Below, in pieces: positions 1 through 12,088 of a stretch of 64,000 nt of DNA. Each line of letters begins with the position of its first letter. Position 1 is the stretch's first letter. Made by a program: the position numbers and the translations under genes. Source of the stretch: Sphaerodactylus townsendi (Eukaryota); NCBI RefSeq assembly GCF_021028975.2, contig NC_059427.1:45942001-46006000 (forward strand), written 5' to 3'. The notes under the pieces were generated by a model. That model was not told the origin of the DNA and ran no database searches. It saw only the letters and a list, made by a program, of their open reading frames with translations.

Positions 1-252
1 CCTCCAGTCCTTATTGGGCAGGGAGGTTGCTTTAGTAACCCCTTTTTGGCACTCAGAAAAAAATTAGTAACCACTTCTAGAGAAGTGGTGAGAACTGGTT
101 GGATCCCACCTCTGGCTCTCCCTCATATTGAAAAATACTTAGTAGTGATAATGCATTCATCTCAAGAGCAACCATTTAGACACAGACATAAAGGGGTGTA
201 AAGCAGGGGAGTGCCAACATTTGTGTTTTTTCATGGAACCTAAATTCCCTAA

Positions 253-393
253 GGCTCATTCCGCACATGCAGAATAATGCATTTTCAAACTGCTTTCAGT
301 ACTCTTTGAAGCTGTGCGGAATAGCAAAATCCACTTGCAAACAGTTGTGAAAGTGGTTTGAAAACGCATTATTTTGCGTGTGCGGAAGGGGCC
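253..393. mobile_element. 141-bp MITE, PIF/Harbinger-like, copy 1
   Basis: TIRs GGCTCATTCCGCACATGCAG / GGCCCCTTCCGCACACGCAA; near-identical copies at 22309-22449 and 32613-32753. Confidence 0.75.
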
Positions 394-684
394 TTTGTCT
401 TGACTTTTCTAGCTAGAACCTGACAGCTGGTTTTGTTGATTTAACCACATAGACCTCACAGATCTTTCTAGTGACTTTAGAAAAAGAATGTAAGACTCTT
501 CATGTGTAGTAGAACTCATCATCCCAGAAGCATCTTAAGTGATGCAGTCTGTGCCCGGAGATACAGAGCTCTGAATCGTGCATGTTGTCCATGTTGGCTT
601 GATTAGAAGCCTCAACAGAAAGTGCCGATACATGTTGCCAGGCTCTTAATCCTCTTTGAACAGCCAACAATTTTCTTTTTTCAG

Positions 685-849
685 GTAGAAATGGGGCCAT
701 TCAAGCACACAGTGGATGATGGCCTTGATGTGAGGAAGGCTGCTTTTGAGTGCATGTATACCCTTCTGGAAAGCTGCCTTGATCGACTGGATATTTATGA
801 GTACTTGAATCATGTGGAAGATGGACTGAAAGACCATTATGATATCAGA
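685..849 (+). CDS. CAND2: CAND2 third-from-last coding exon ([25 protein letters not shown]...HYDIR)
   Basis: CAND/TIP120 C-terminal motif; tttcag acceptor and gtaagt donor; 165 nt, phase 0. Confidence 0.93.
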
Positions 850-1782
850 GTAAGTGTCTCTCTTCCTACGATCAGTACTTTCCAGAGGCGTTCCTCCCAT
901 TGGGCAAAGTGGGCAGTTGCCCTGGGCACAGCCCTGTGGGGGGCACAGGTTTGTTTGTGGGATTTTTGGTATTTTCAGTGTTTTTCCATTTTCGGCCTGC
1001 AGAGGGCGCAGTTTTTAGGCTAGCAGCACCAAAATTTCAGGGATGTTTTGGGAGACTCTCCTGATGCTACCACCCAGGTTTGGTGAGGTTTGGTTCAGGG
1101 AGTCCAAAGTTATGGACTCCCAAAGGGGGTGCCCCATCCCCCATTGTTTCCAATGGGGAATAATAATAGGAGATGAGGCTACACCTTTGAGAGTGGAAAT
1201 AACTTTGGACCCCCTAGACCAAACTTCCTGAAACCTGAGAGGTATCATGAGGGGAGTCTCCTAAACATACCCTGAAAGATTGGTGCTGCTAACTTCATAA
1301 TTGTACCACTTTGCCAGCAGGAACCTCCCAAAGTACCACAGATTTTCCTTTTTAAATCCCCCCACCTTTGGCATGGCTTTAAAGAGGAGAATCACAGGGT
1401 CCCAAGTACAAACAATGCATTGATGCTGTTTTCGGAATTGAGGAGAATCCAACTTAAAATAGCATCACTTCCAATGTTTTGGCTAGGAATTAAGATTCTC
1501 CCTTTAAAGGTGTTGGAATTAAAAGGAGAATCTGGAGCTCCCTAGACCCCAAACACCATTGAAAATGATGCTGTTTGGGGGTGGATTCCAGCATTACTTG
1601 TTTAAACTAGGGAGCTCAGATTCTCCTTTGAAACATTGAAAGTGATGCTGTTTCCCCCAATTGGGGGTACTGGATACAACACCATAAAATGTTTTCATAG
1701 CATAAAACATTTTGAAAGCATTTTGAAAATTTGGGTGCTGTGTGGTTTCCGGGCTGTATGGCCGTGTTCTAGCAGCATTCTC

Positions 1783-1825
1783 TCCTGACGTTTCGCCTGC
1801 GTCTGTGGCTGGCATCTTCAGAGGA
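1783..1825 (-). ncRNA. Minimal type I hammerhead ribozyme motif in the Penelope pLTR
   Basis: TCCT-CTGAAGA-t-GCCAGC(loop)GCAGGC-GAAA-CGTC-AGGA: intact core, stems I and II, palindromic stem III, GUC site. Confidence 0.75.
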
Positions 1826-2812
1826 TCTGATGTTGGGAAAGCAAGTGGAGTATATATCTGTTGGAGTGTCCAGGGTGGGTGGGGAAACCTTTTCTCACTT
1901 TAATATGCAACTTATCCCTGGAATCAGGCTCCATCCCTGAAGACTGGAAGATGGCCAATGTCACACCAATCTTTAAGAAAGGATCTAGGGGGGACCCAGG
2001 AAATTATAGGCCAGTCAGTTTGACATCTGTTCCTGGTAAATTAGTAGAATCTATCATTAAAGATAACATTATAAAACATGTAGAAAAGCAAGACCTGCTG
2101 AGAAAGAGTCAGCATGGCTTTTGCAGAGGCAAATCCTGTGTTACAAACTTACTAGAGTTCTTTGAGGGTGTAAACAGGCATGTGGACAGGGGTGAACCGG
2201 TGGACATTGTCTACTTGGATTTCCAAAAGGCTTTTGACAAAGTTCCTCACCAGAGACTGTTGAGAAAACTCAGCAATGAAGGAATAAGAGGGGAAGTCCT
2301 CCTATGGATTAAAAACTGGTTGAGAAACAGGAAACAAAGAGTGGGTGTAAATGGGAAGTTCTCACAATGGAGAGATGTCGGGAGTGGTGTCCCCCAAGGA
2401 TCCGTTTTGGGACCAGTGCTCTTTAACCTATTCATAAATGACCTGGAAGTAGGGGTGGGTAGCGTGGTGACCAAGTTTGCAGATGATACCAAATTATGTA
2501 GGGTGGTGAGAACCACAAAGGATTGCGAAGAGCTCCAAGCGGACCTTGATAAATTAGGTGAGTGGGCTCAGAAATGGCAAATGCAGTTCAATGTAGCAAA
2601 ATGTAAAGTGATGCACACAGGGGCAAAAAATCCAAACTTCACATACACGCTACAGGGGTCAGTTCTATCAGTCACAGACCAGGAAAGGGATTTAGGCGTC
2701 TTAGTTGATAGTTCCATGGGAATGTCAACTCAATGCATGGCAGCTGTGAAAAAGGCAAACTCTATGCTAGGGGTTCATTAGGAAAGGAATTGATAATAAA
2801 ACTGCAAAGATT

Positions 2813-3165
2813 TGAGAAGGATCCACTCAGCAGCGGTCGTGGTAACAGCAGAAGCAGTTAAGGAAAAGAAAACACAGGAACCCAGGCGTTGCTCACTTCA
2901 AAGAACAGAAGGGTTTTATTCCTTGTTTCCAAAAGCACAAAACAGTCTGACAGAGTGCAGCGCAGCAACTGGATAACCAAAGCACGCATAGACCAAACTG
3001 TTCTGTGCATACATATAGAGACATTCAACCAGGGAGCAGTGATGCAATCACACTAGATGCGCTTAGTCACGGTTGCATCACCCACTGAAACTAGGTGAAA
3101 GGTGGAGGATTGCATCAGCCAAGCTGTCAAGTAGATTTTGGTGATCTAACTGTCAAGTCCTAACA
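2813..3165 (-). repeat. Copia 3' LTR (353 bp)
   Basis: TG...CA ends; PPT GGGAAGGGG adjacent on the minus strand. Confidence 0.92.
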
Positions 3166-6100
3166 CCCCTTCCCAAAACTACTATGACAGCACCTTTATT
3201 ACTTTCAGCTGTTCTAACATTCTCTGATGCTTATTCTGTGACACAGCTTTGGTAAACACATCAGCAACATTTCGCTCTGTCTCAACATAGGCAAGTTGAA
3301 TAGTTCCATTCTGTACTAGCTCTCTAACATTCTGGTACTTTACTCCTATGTACTTAGTTCTTGTCTTCATGTTTGCAGTCTCTGCTAATGCGATGCAGGT
3401 CTGTGAATCATCAAACACGATTATAGGCTTCTTTATGGATTCACCTAACTCAGTTAGCAGTGTCTCAACCCAAAGTAGTTCTGAACACGTTTCAGACAAT
3501 GCGCAGAACTCAGCCTCAGAAGTGGACAGGCTGATTGTGGTCTGTTTTCTAGAACACCAGGTGATAGCTACATCACCATACTGAATGACAAAACCAGTAC
3601 AGGACTTCCTGTCACCACAGTCTGCAAATGAACTATCTGCAATAGGCACTTAAATCTGTGCTTTAAGTGGACTGGATCAGTAAAACCATGATCAGCAGTT
3701 CCTTTTAAGTACCTAACCACACGCTTAACACCCTCCCAATCATGTTTGCTGGGCTCGCTAGCTGTTCTGCTTAGCGTACAAACAGCAAACGCCACATCTG
3801 GGCTTGTCCAGTTAGGATATATGTAGGAGACTACCTACAACAGATTTATACAGTTCAGGATTGTTGAACTCCCCACTTTCACCACCTCTTCTGAAAGTCT
3901 AGGGACATTGGTGCTAGGCAACCCTTGCCTTTGACAATCTAGTCTTGTCCACTAACTCTTTTATTTTATTCTTCTCACTTAGGAGATAACCTTGCTTTGG
4001 TGTAGATATGACATCAATACCCAACGGCAATGCTTGATAAAACCTAAGTCCTTTAGAACATACACATGTCACTGAGTTGTTTGTACAATTTGTCAAATTG
4101 TTGTTTAGGATCTTACACACACACATATTGCTATCATCAACATAAAGAAGAATGACCTCTTGATTCTCTTTAGTTCCCCCCTTGATATATAAACATGCAT
4201 CAGCAACAGACTTCTTAAACCCCAGTTTGGCCAGTCGTACTGTTCAGTTCATTATACCAGTTAGCACCAGCTTCTGTTTTAAACCATACAAAGAACGTAT
4301 GCAAAAGATAAAACAGTATTTGGGTCTGCTTCTTCATACCCTGGTGCAGGCTTCAGATAAATTGCTTCCTTCAATTTAGCATTTAAAAAAGCACACTGGA
4401 AGTCATAATGCTTCACCATAAAGCCTTTCTTACTAGCTAATGCAAGCATAGCTCTCAAAGACTGTGGTCGTAAGCCGTGGGAGAATAGGTCTGGTCATAA
4501 TTCAGCAAACGGTCTTGTACAAACCCCTGGGCTTACAAGCCTTGCTTTTATACCTTGGAGCACCATTTGGCAACTCTTTCCTCCGGAACACCCACTTTGA
4601 CCCAATTGCCCTCTCTCCTTCTGGCAAAACAGTCTTGGTAAACACTCCGTTGTTGCACTAAGGCATTATACTCCTCAACCATAGCTTCACGCCAGAGCTC
4701 TATTTCAGCTGGCGGTAGCTTTAACATCTCTTGATAGGAGCTTGGCTCTGGATACCTGTGCTTGACAAACATAGACGCTTTGAGAAAACCCATACCTGTC
4801 AGGAGGTATCCCTTTTGTAGACCTATCAGAGATAATGGCGCACCTTAATTTGTTTCTCATCTTCTTTCACTACTGCTAGTGTCACTGTCTTGCAGCCCTT
4901 CCCCCTTCTCAGCTTTCCTGGACGCTTGGACGTTTGCCACTACTGGAAGCAGTTGGTTGACCTTGAGCTGCTGCAGGCTGCCGCCCGCAGTTCTGTTAAC
5001 CCCTTCATGCTGAGTGAAAGGTAGCAAAACCTCTGTGTTAGCATGGATAGTTTCCCATCCTGCATGCTTTTCAAAGTTTGCACTTCGAGAGATCACAACC
5101 TTTCCATAGGAATGTGCAAAACGAAAACCTTTTGTCCCAGATTCATAACCAAGAAACCCTTCAATCTCACCCACCTTCTGATCCCCCTTCCGCCTTTGGG
5201 CGTCAGGGTACCAGCACATTGGCATAACTACCAAAGATATGCAAATGATCCAGAGATGGATCTTTCTGGTACAGCAAAAAATAAGGAGTCTGGTTCACAT
5301 TAGAAGACTATACTCTGTTGGTCAAGTATGTGGCAGTGTTCACAGCCTCAGCCCAGAAATGTTCCAGGCATGTTGGCATCCAGAAGCAAACAGCCGCTTA
5401 TAGTATGTAGAACCCTAAATTTCCTCTCAGCAACCCCTGCCTCAAAAGGAGAGAAAGGGTTGGTTTTTCTCTGTGACGTATGCCTTTCTTTCTCAACCAG
5501 TTCTGGAACCCAGAACCCAGGAACTCACCTCCCTCTTGTCCGCTTTGGAGGCAAGCCACTTTTATGTGAAAACTGTCTTTCCACCATTGCCACCCACTCT
5601 TTAAACCTTGGGTAAGCCTCAGCTTTGGATTTCCAGGAAAAGACTATAGGTGAACCTGCTATAGTCATCCACCAAAACCATGTGGTACTTTCCCATGCCC
5701 CTGGCTGGGCTGAAATGGTCCAGAAAGGTCCGTATGAATTAAACCAAATGGCCTATCTGACTGTCTGGTGCTTTTCCCTTGTAGAAGGAAATGCCTTTAC
5801 TTTGGCCTTACTGCGCACAGTACAACCAAGATAATTAGGACAGGACTTGGCTTTCAGTTCACACACAACCTGGACATGTTTCCTAGCACTTTGAAACTGG
5901 TATGTCCTAGCACACGGTGCATATAATGAATACAGTCATCATGCATAGGTTTGTTAACTGCATTAGCTATGCTTTGTCCTACATCATTGTTATTTAGCTG
6001 ATAAAGGTTATTCTGCAGTATACCTGTGGCACACAGACTCTCCCTTGTTTCTTAATAGAACAGGTCTGCCCACTAAATTCCACCACATAACCCTCAGCTG

Positions 6101-7206
6101 TCAATCTAACAACGCTTAACAAACAAAATTCAAAATGAAGGCACAAAATATACATTACTCAGAGAGCTCATTTAGAGCAGGAACAAATGTTGATCCTTGA
6201 AGTTGCACCTTTGCTGCGGTGCCATCAGCTAAACAAACGCGGGTCAATAACAGGTTGGCGCACGTGGCCGCGTAAGGAGACTTTCCTTATTCACTATATG
6301 CTCAGAACAAGCAGAGTCAATGAGCCATAGTGAGTTGGAGTCCTTCTCCTTGCTTGTTACCAGGAAAGTAGATGCTTGTGATTCCTGTCTGTTAGCCCTC
6401 GCTTTCCAAGGTGGCTTGTTCTTCCTCTACCACTTTTGCATTTTGTACAGGCCCGTGCAAAATGGCCAGGATTCCCACAACGAAAACATTTTTTCACAGC
6501 ATTGCGAAGTAGGGACGGCAGAATCAGCAGGAAAATCCCTCTGCGATGATTTCTCTCAGCCGCAATCTCAAGCTGGTAGTCCCTCTGCTTCTGGTGGTCT
6601 AGCAGCTTGGCAGTGACGTGAATCCAAAGTCAGCGTAGACTCCGCGACGCTTCTGGAAACTGCATACCAACTGGTCCCAGCTGCTATCCAACCATCTAAA
6701 GCAACAGATAAACTTTGTGGGAGTCTTCAAACTGTGTAAACCTCCATCAGCCGAAGCTGTGCAAACAGTTCACGGATTCAGCTTCAGATGCTCAAACACA
6801 GATCCTCCTGGCCTCAGTTTGAGATTGTAAAGTTGTCTTGTGAGGAGGACCTTTGCCCCAGCCGACTCACGCTGATAGATGCCTTTCAAAGCCGCCCACG
6901 CCTTGGCTGCAGTCTCAGCTTCTCGCAGATAAACCAACTGTGAGCTTTCCACTGCTAGCACAACAGACGCATCGCTTTTTTCATCTGCACGCCACTCAGC
7001 AACTGTCGGGGCCGCTGGAGGCGTAGAGCTAACGTTCCACAGGTCCTCACGAACGAGATAGCTCTGCATCGGCTGGCTCCAAGCCACATAGTTATGCCTA
7101 TTCAGCCTCTCTCAAACAGCAAGCCGGACATAGTGGAAGCCATGGCAATAGCTGAGTCACATTAAGCACGCAGTACACTCACTGTTACTCACGAAAGCAC
7201 GGAGGA

Positions 7207-7220
7207 GCTGGGCCCATAAC
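7207..7220 (-). promoter_or_regulatory. Primer-binding site complementary to the tRNAi-Met anticodon arm
   Basis: Plus strand GCTGGGCCCATAAC equals an internal tRNAi-Met segment; element strand GTTATGGGCCCAGC resembles the Drosophila copia PBS. Confidence 0.85.
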
Positions 7221-7222
7221 TC

Positions 7223-7586
7223 CGAGAAGGATCCACTCAGCAGCGGTCGCGGGTAACAGCAGAAGCAGCAGCATGCAGGAAAACACAGGAACCCAGGCGT
7301 TGCTCACTTCAAAGAACAGAAGGGTTTTATTCCTTGTTTCCAAAAGCACAAAACAATCTGACAGAGTGCAGCGCAGCAACTGGATAACCAAAGCACGCGA
7401 TAGACCAAACTGTTCTGGTGCATACATATAGAGACATTCAACCAATCAAGAGCAGTGATGCAATCACACTAAGATAAGCTTAGCTCACGGTTGCATCACC
7501 CACTGAAACTATAGGTGAAGATTGGTGGAGGATTGCATCACAAGCTGTCAAGTAGATTTTGGTGATCTAACTGTCAAGTCCTAACA
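7223..7586 (-). repeat. Copia 5' LTR (364 bp)
   Basis: Direct repeat of 2813-3165, adjacent to the PBS. Confidence 0.9.
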
Positions 7587-10426
7587 AGATTGTCATGCCC
7601 TTATATAAAGCAGTGGTGCGACCGCACTTGGAGTACTGTGTCCAGTTCTGGTCGCCGCATCTCAAAAAAGGATATTGAGGAGATAGAAAAAGTGCAGAGA
7701 AGGGCAACAAAGGATGATTGAGGGACTGGAGCACCTTCCCTATGAGGAGAGGCTGCAGCGTTTGGGACTCTTTAGTTTGGAGAGGAGGCGGCTAAGGCGG
7801 GATATGATTGAAGTCTATAAAATTATGCATAGGGTAGAAAATGTTGACAGAGAGAAATTTTTCTCTCTTTCTCACAATACTAGAACCAGGGGGCATTCAT
7901 TGAAAATGGTGGGGGGAAGAATTAGGACTACTAAAAGGAAACACTTCTTCACGCAACGTGTGATTGGTGTTTGGAATATGCTGCCACAGGAGGTGGTGAT
8001 GGCCACTAACCTGGATAGCTTTAAAAAGTGGAAGCTTGGACAGATTTATGGAGGAGAAGTCGATTTATGGCTACCAATCTTGATCCTCTTTGATCTGAGA
8101 TTGCAAATGCCTTAACAGACCAGGTGATCGGGAGCAACAGCCCAGCAGAAGGCCATTGCGTTCACATCCTACATGTAATGAGCTCCCAAAGGGCACCTGG
8201 TGGGCCACTGCGAGTAGGAGAGAGCTGAAGACTAAAGATGGACTTTGAGATCTGATCCAGCTTGGCTTGCATTCTTATGTTCTTATGTTCTTATGTGTCA
8301 CCTTAGCCTTGAGTAACAAAGAAGCGGCAACCAAAGGTCCAATAGTTGAGGGCATCTTTTGAATAGATAGTACTGAAGTAACAATGAAGACTATAGCCTG
8401 GGAAGTAACCCTTGTAGATAGCAAGGTCACTGGTGGGAGCATCTGAAGTATCCTGGCCTTTGTTTCTACTAGCTTTGTCTATGGAGTCATCCTGTGTTTG
8501 TGGTAATGGAGCCCTGGTTTCCGATTACAGTCTTGACCCTAGTATTTTTTCAACACTGGCAGCCAAGAAGTTCTGTTCATTTTTCATAATTTCTTCCTTC
8601 CTAAAATTGTCCATCTCCTTATGGATTTCCAATTTAGCTTCTCTGTGTAGTCTGGACGTGAAAGTGGCTTTCAGAGTAGTCCAGAATTTCTGTTTTTTCA
8701 AATAATATTCTATGTCCAGGTTGGTTTATCATGTGTTCTGCTATTGCTGATTTTTCCTGGCTGAAATAGTCTGGCAGTGCCTTTAAAGTGGTTTAACTTT
8801 GATACGTGTCTGTGCGCTGCGTTTGGTGGTTCCTATGTAGACTTGTCCAGAGCTGCATGGTATGCGATAGACTCCTGCAGTAGCTAAAGGATCCCTCTTA
8901 TCCTTTGCTGAACGTAGCATCTGTTGAATTTTCTTAGTGGGTCTGTAGATTGTGGGATTGTTTCTTAGTGGGTCTGTAGATTGTGGGTCTGTAGTTTGTA
9001 GGTTGTGCTTCTTCATCAGTTTTCCTATGCGATCAGTGGTTCCCTTGATGTATGGTAAGAACACCTTCCCTCTAGATGGCTCTTTATCTTTGTTCATGTG
9101 GCTTGTTCTTGGTCTTGCCACAGACGCAGGCGAAACGTCAGGAGAGAATGCTGCTAGAACACGGCCATACAGCCCGGAAACCACACAGCACCCAAGTGAT
9201 TCCGGCCGTGAAAGCCTTCGACAATACATTTTGAAAATGTTTTCAAAAAATTATTTCTGCTGTGTGGCATGGCTTATTGCTGTGCTCAGATTTGTGAGTT
9301 GGGGCATGTTCTATAATGTGATGGTGACTTTGAAACAACCTGGTGTAAAAAATCATTGCTTGGTCACAGTGGGGGAGGGTGGCTGCCCATGGGGCGCGCC
9401 AAACTCCAGTTTGCCTAGATACACCACTGGTACTTTCCAATTTCATTACTTGGTAGTGGCCTTTTGGTGATGGTTTGAGTGGTGCCCTCAGCCCCCTATA
9501 GTGGTAATTTAAGATTATAAGATTCCTTCCCATGCCCCAGACATAAACGAAATGCCTGCACTGGATGACGGTTATTTGAATGCAGGATCCTCCCTAATGC
9601 TCATTACTGAAACCCTTATCTCTAGTGGTGGTAATACTTGGGATTAATGGAATTAAGTCTGAATATTACATTCTGTTTCTTATTGGGAACGCAGGCTGTC
9701 AGTAGACATCCTGAAATGATTGGTCAGCGATGGTGATTGGATAGGATCCAATTAACTGTTTGGTCTGGACAGGTCTTGTTGGCTTATCATCAGGCCAACT
9801 GGATTTATGAAGCAGGGCTGATGAGGCTGATATTAGATCTGGACTTGCAGTGGTGGGCCAGATCTCCATTATAGCACACGGGCCTCTTACCAGCTGTTTC
9901 TGGTTTGCCAGCTTCAGCCCTTCCTTAAGAGGTCAGTTAACCATGAATTGACCATACTGAGGTTGAACTACTGCAGTGTACTTTATGAGGAGCTGCCTTT
10001 GAAGTCTGAAAGCTTCAACTGGTTCAAAATGTAGTGGCAAGGCTACTTGTAGGTGTAAGATGCTGGCCGTATCTCACCAGTTTTCTTTTTCTGGCTAGTC
10101 TACATCCCTTTCTAGCCTACATGGATGATTGCTAGTCTACATCCCCTTCTAGTGCAGAGTGGAGGAAGCAGGGAGCAAGTATGCAGACTGGGATCCACTA
10201 TGAATCTTCCTGCACACTGGGGAGAGGAGAGTCTGTTTATTTGCTGTACTCTGATGTGCCAAAACCTTTCCCACAATACATCGCTCTGAAATGTGAAGCT
10301 TGAGACTGACAATTGAATGTGTTCCATGAAACTGAGTTACTGACACCTTAGAACCAGAAATCTTTGGGTGGGGTGGACTTTAGAGTACCTTTTGTGCATT
10401 GTTCTATCCTTCATCATTCTTCTTAG

Positions 10427-10534
10427 ATGCTGACTTTCATTATGCTGGCTCGTCTATCAACACTGTGTCCTAACACAGTACTGCAACGGTTAGAACAACT
10501 CATTGAGCCCCTACGAGCAACTTGCTCTACAAAG
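10427..10534 (+). CDS. CAND2: CAND2 penultimate exon ([10 protein letters not shown]...RATCSTK)
   Basis: cttag acceptor, gtaatg donor; 108 nt, in frame with flanking exons. Confidence 0.93.
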
Positions 10535-11199
10535 GTAATGCATTTGGAAAGTTCAGAAGGTTTTCTTTCCCTGGATTACTTTCTTGCATGGTTGTTGTCC
10601 CAGGCAGTCTTTAGATTGTGCTCTTGCGGGTGCAGAAACATCTACTTTAGGGTAATACAACATAGACATTTTCTTTGGAAATTGTTGGTGCAGTTCAACA
10701 CTTTGTTCTTCACTAGAGCAAGGAAGGCATTTACCATCAGCCTTGGTCCACCTGTGGCTAGCTCATATTTTAGTCCTATTTGTGGCTGTTAAGAACAATA
10801 TTATCATAAATAAAACAGAGATCACCCACAACAAAGACTCTATTATGCAAATTAAGAAACCTTGCATGTATTTTCTATTTTATTATTACTTTGGCAGTTC
10901 ATTAACATGGGCAAAAGGACATGGTATGACAAAGCTTTATCTAAAGACCGGGCCTTGATTTCCTTCATTTGCCCATTTCTAGACTGTTATTTCACATACA
11001 TTGTGGTGTTGCTTATACTTGAACCTGATTATTTTAGTGCTGCTGCTGATGGAAAGGTGATTAGTTAGTGAGTCATCCTGCCTCCCATCCCCGCAAGTCT
11101 GTGGCAGAGATGAAAGCCAGTAGGACATTAGCAGCTGGGGATGCCTTTCATGGGTATTTGGCAGAGAAATCTCCTTCTGTCAAAACACATCCTTTGAAA

Positions 11200-11420
11200 A
11201 AGAGTTTATCCTGCCTTTCTCAACTGTAATGAGTCTCGAAACAGCTTCCAAACTCCCCTCCCCTCAACAGACACCTTGTGAGGTACTTGGGGCTGAGAGA
11301 TTTCTGAGAGAACTGTGACTGGCCCTAAGTTACCCAGCAGGCCTCATGTGGAAAAGTGGAGAAACAAACACAGTTCTCCAGATTAGAGACCACCACTTTT
11401 AACCACTGTACCATGCTCGC
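11200..11420 (-). mobile_element. tRNA-derived SINE (squamate type)
   Basis: A/B-box-like head on the minus strand; related to 25640-25845 and 30171-30452; boundaries approximate. Confidence 0.6.
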
Positions 11421-11860
11421 TCTCTGTGTGGTAAAGATCATATGGCAGTAGGTACTAGTTTCTACCTTTGATACTGCCTTCAACTGCATCAGAGTCCATC
11501 AAAGTCAAAACTTTGTACTTCTAGCAGCAGTTTTCCAGTGTCTCAGGCAGAGGCGTTTCACATCACCTATGACCTGATCCTTACTGGAGATGCTGTGCAT
11601 TGAACATGGGTCCCTTTGCACACTGAACCACTGCCTCACTCCTACTTGTTCATGTCAACTCTTGGGACTGTAGGAAATTCAGTTGAACCATTTTTGTACG
11701 TTAGTACATCCCAGATGATTTCATCTCTTCATTTTTTGTACCACTTCATTCTCAGGCACATGATAATGTGATCCTCAGAGCCATTACAATGGGCAGCAGG
11801 TCCCTTTGTCTTGAAGCCTTGGAAGTTGAATCTTCCCTGATTTTGTATTCCTTTCTTTAG

Positions 11861-12088
11861 GTGAAAGCTGGTTCTGTGAAGCAAGAATTTGAGAAACAAG
11901 ATGAACTAAAACGTTCAGCAATGAGGGCAGTAGCGGCTTTGCTGACCATCCCTAATGTAGATAAGAGTCCTGTGATGGCTGAATTTTCTTCCCAAATCAG
12001 AGGCAACCCGGAAATGTCTTCACTCTTTGAAAGCATTCAGAAAGATTCTACTTCACTGTCTGCCACAGAATTAATGGACATAAGTTAA
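11861..12088 (+). CDS. CAND2: CAND2 last coding exon ([24 protein letters not shown]...MDIS*)
   Basis: VKAGS and FSSQIR are CAND2-like rather than CAND1-like; adjacent to RPL32; AATAAA near 12763 and 12779. Confidence 0.92.
   Translation: MKAGSVKQEFEKQDELKRSAMRAVAALLTIPNVDKSPVMAEFSSQIRGNPEMSSLFESIQKDSTSLSATELMDIS

Larger units (their letters stand above)
2813..7586 (-). mobile_element. Full-length Ty1/copia LTR retrotransposon (4774 bp), frameshifted in this assembly
   Basis: LTRs 2813-3165 and 7223-7586; 5-bp TSD AGATT (2808-2812, 7587-7591); gag 6770-7087; zinc knuckle CFRCGNPGHFARAC near 6447-6488; protease WLIDSACSEH near 6300-6327; integrase-RT region then RNase H (SEAEF, ADVFTK; 3182-3649); PPT 3166-3174. 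Confidence 0.95.
1890..8296 (+). mobile_element. 5'-truncated CR1 LINE (ORF2 RT), split by copia
   Basis: Open RT ORF 1861-2781 (PGNYRPVSLTS, YLDFQKAFD, GVPQGSVLGP, FADDT) resumes at 7592; (TTCTTATG)3 tail at 8272-8295; 5' boundary approximate. Confidence 0.93.
1731..9226 (-). mobile_element. 5'-truncated Penelope-like retroelement with inverted pseudo-LTR, split by CR1
   Basis: 12-bp TSD CATTTTGAAAAT (1719-1730, 9227-9238); GIY-YIG motif GVYRIPCSSGQVYIG in ORF 8783-9229; 1731-1810 is inverted at 9117-9195. Confidence 0.88.
883..9429. mobile_element. Non-autonomous hAT element (about 1 kb of its own sequence), outermost layer of the nest
   Basis: 8-bp direct repeat GTACTTTC at 875-882 and 9430-9437; imperfect TIRs CAGAGGCGTTCCT / CAGTGGTGTATCT. 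Confidence 0.8.

Noticed and set aside
1594-1815. Recurrent MPATDAGETSGENAARTRP ORFs (also 58605-58826 and 8952-9470)
   Set aside because: Incidental translation of the Penelope pLTR/hammerhead repeat
7207-7220. tRNAi-Met gene
   Set aside because: Only 14 nt match, abutting an LTR; it is a primer-binding site
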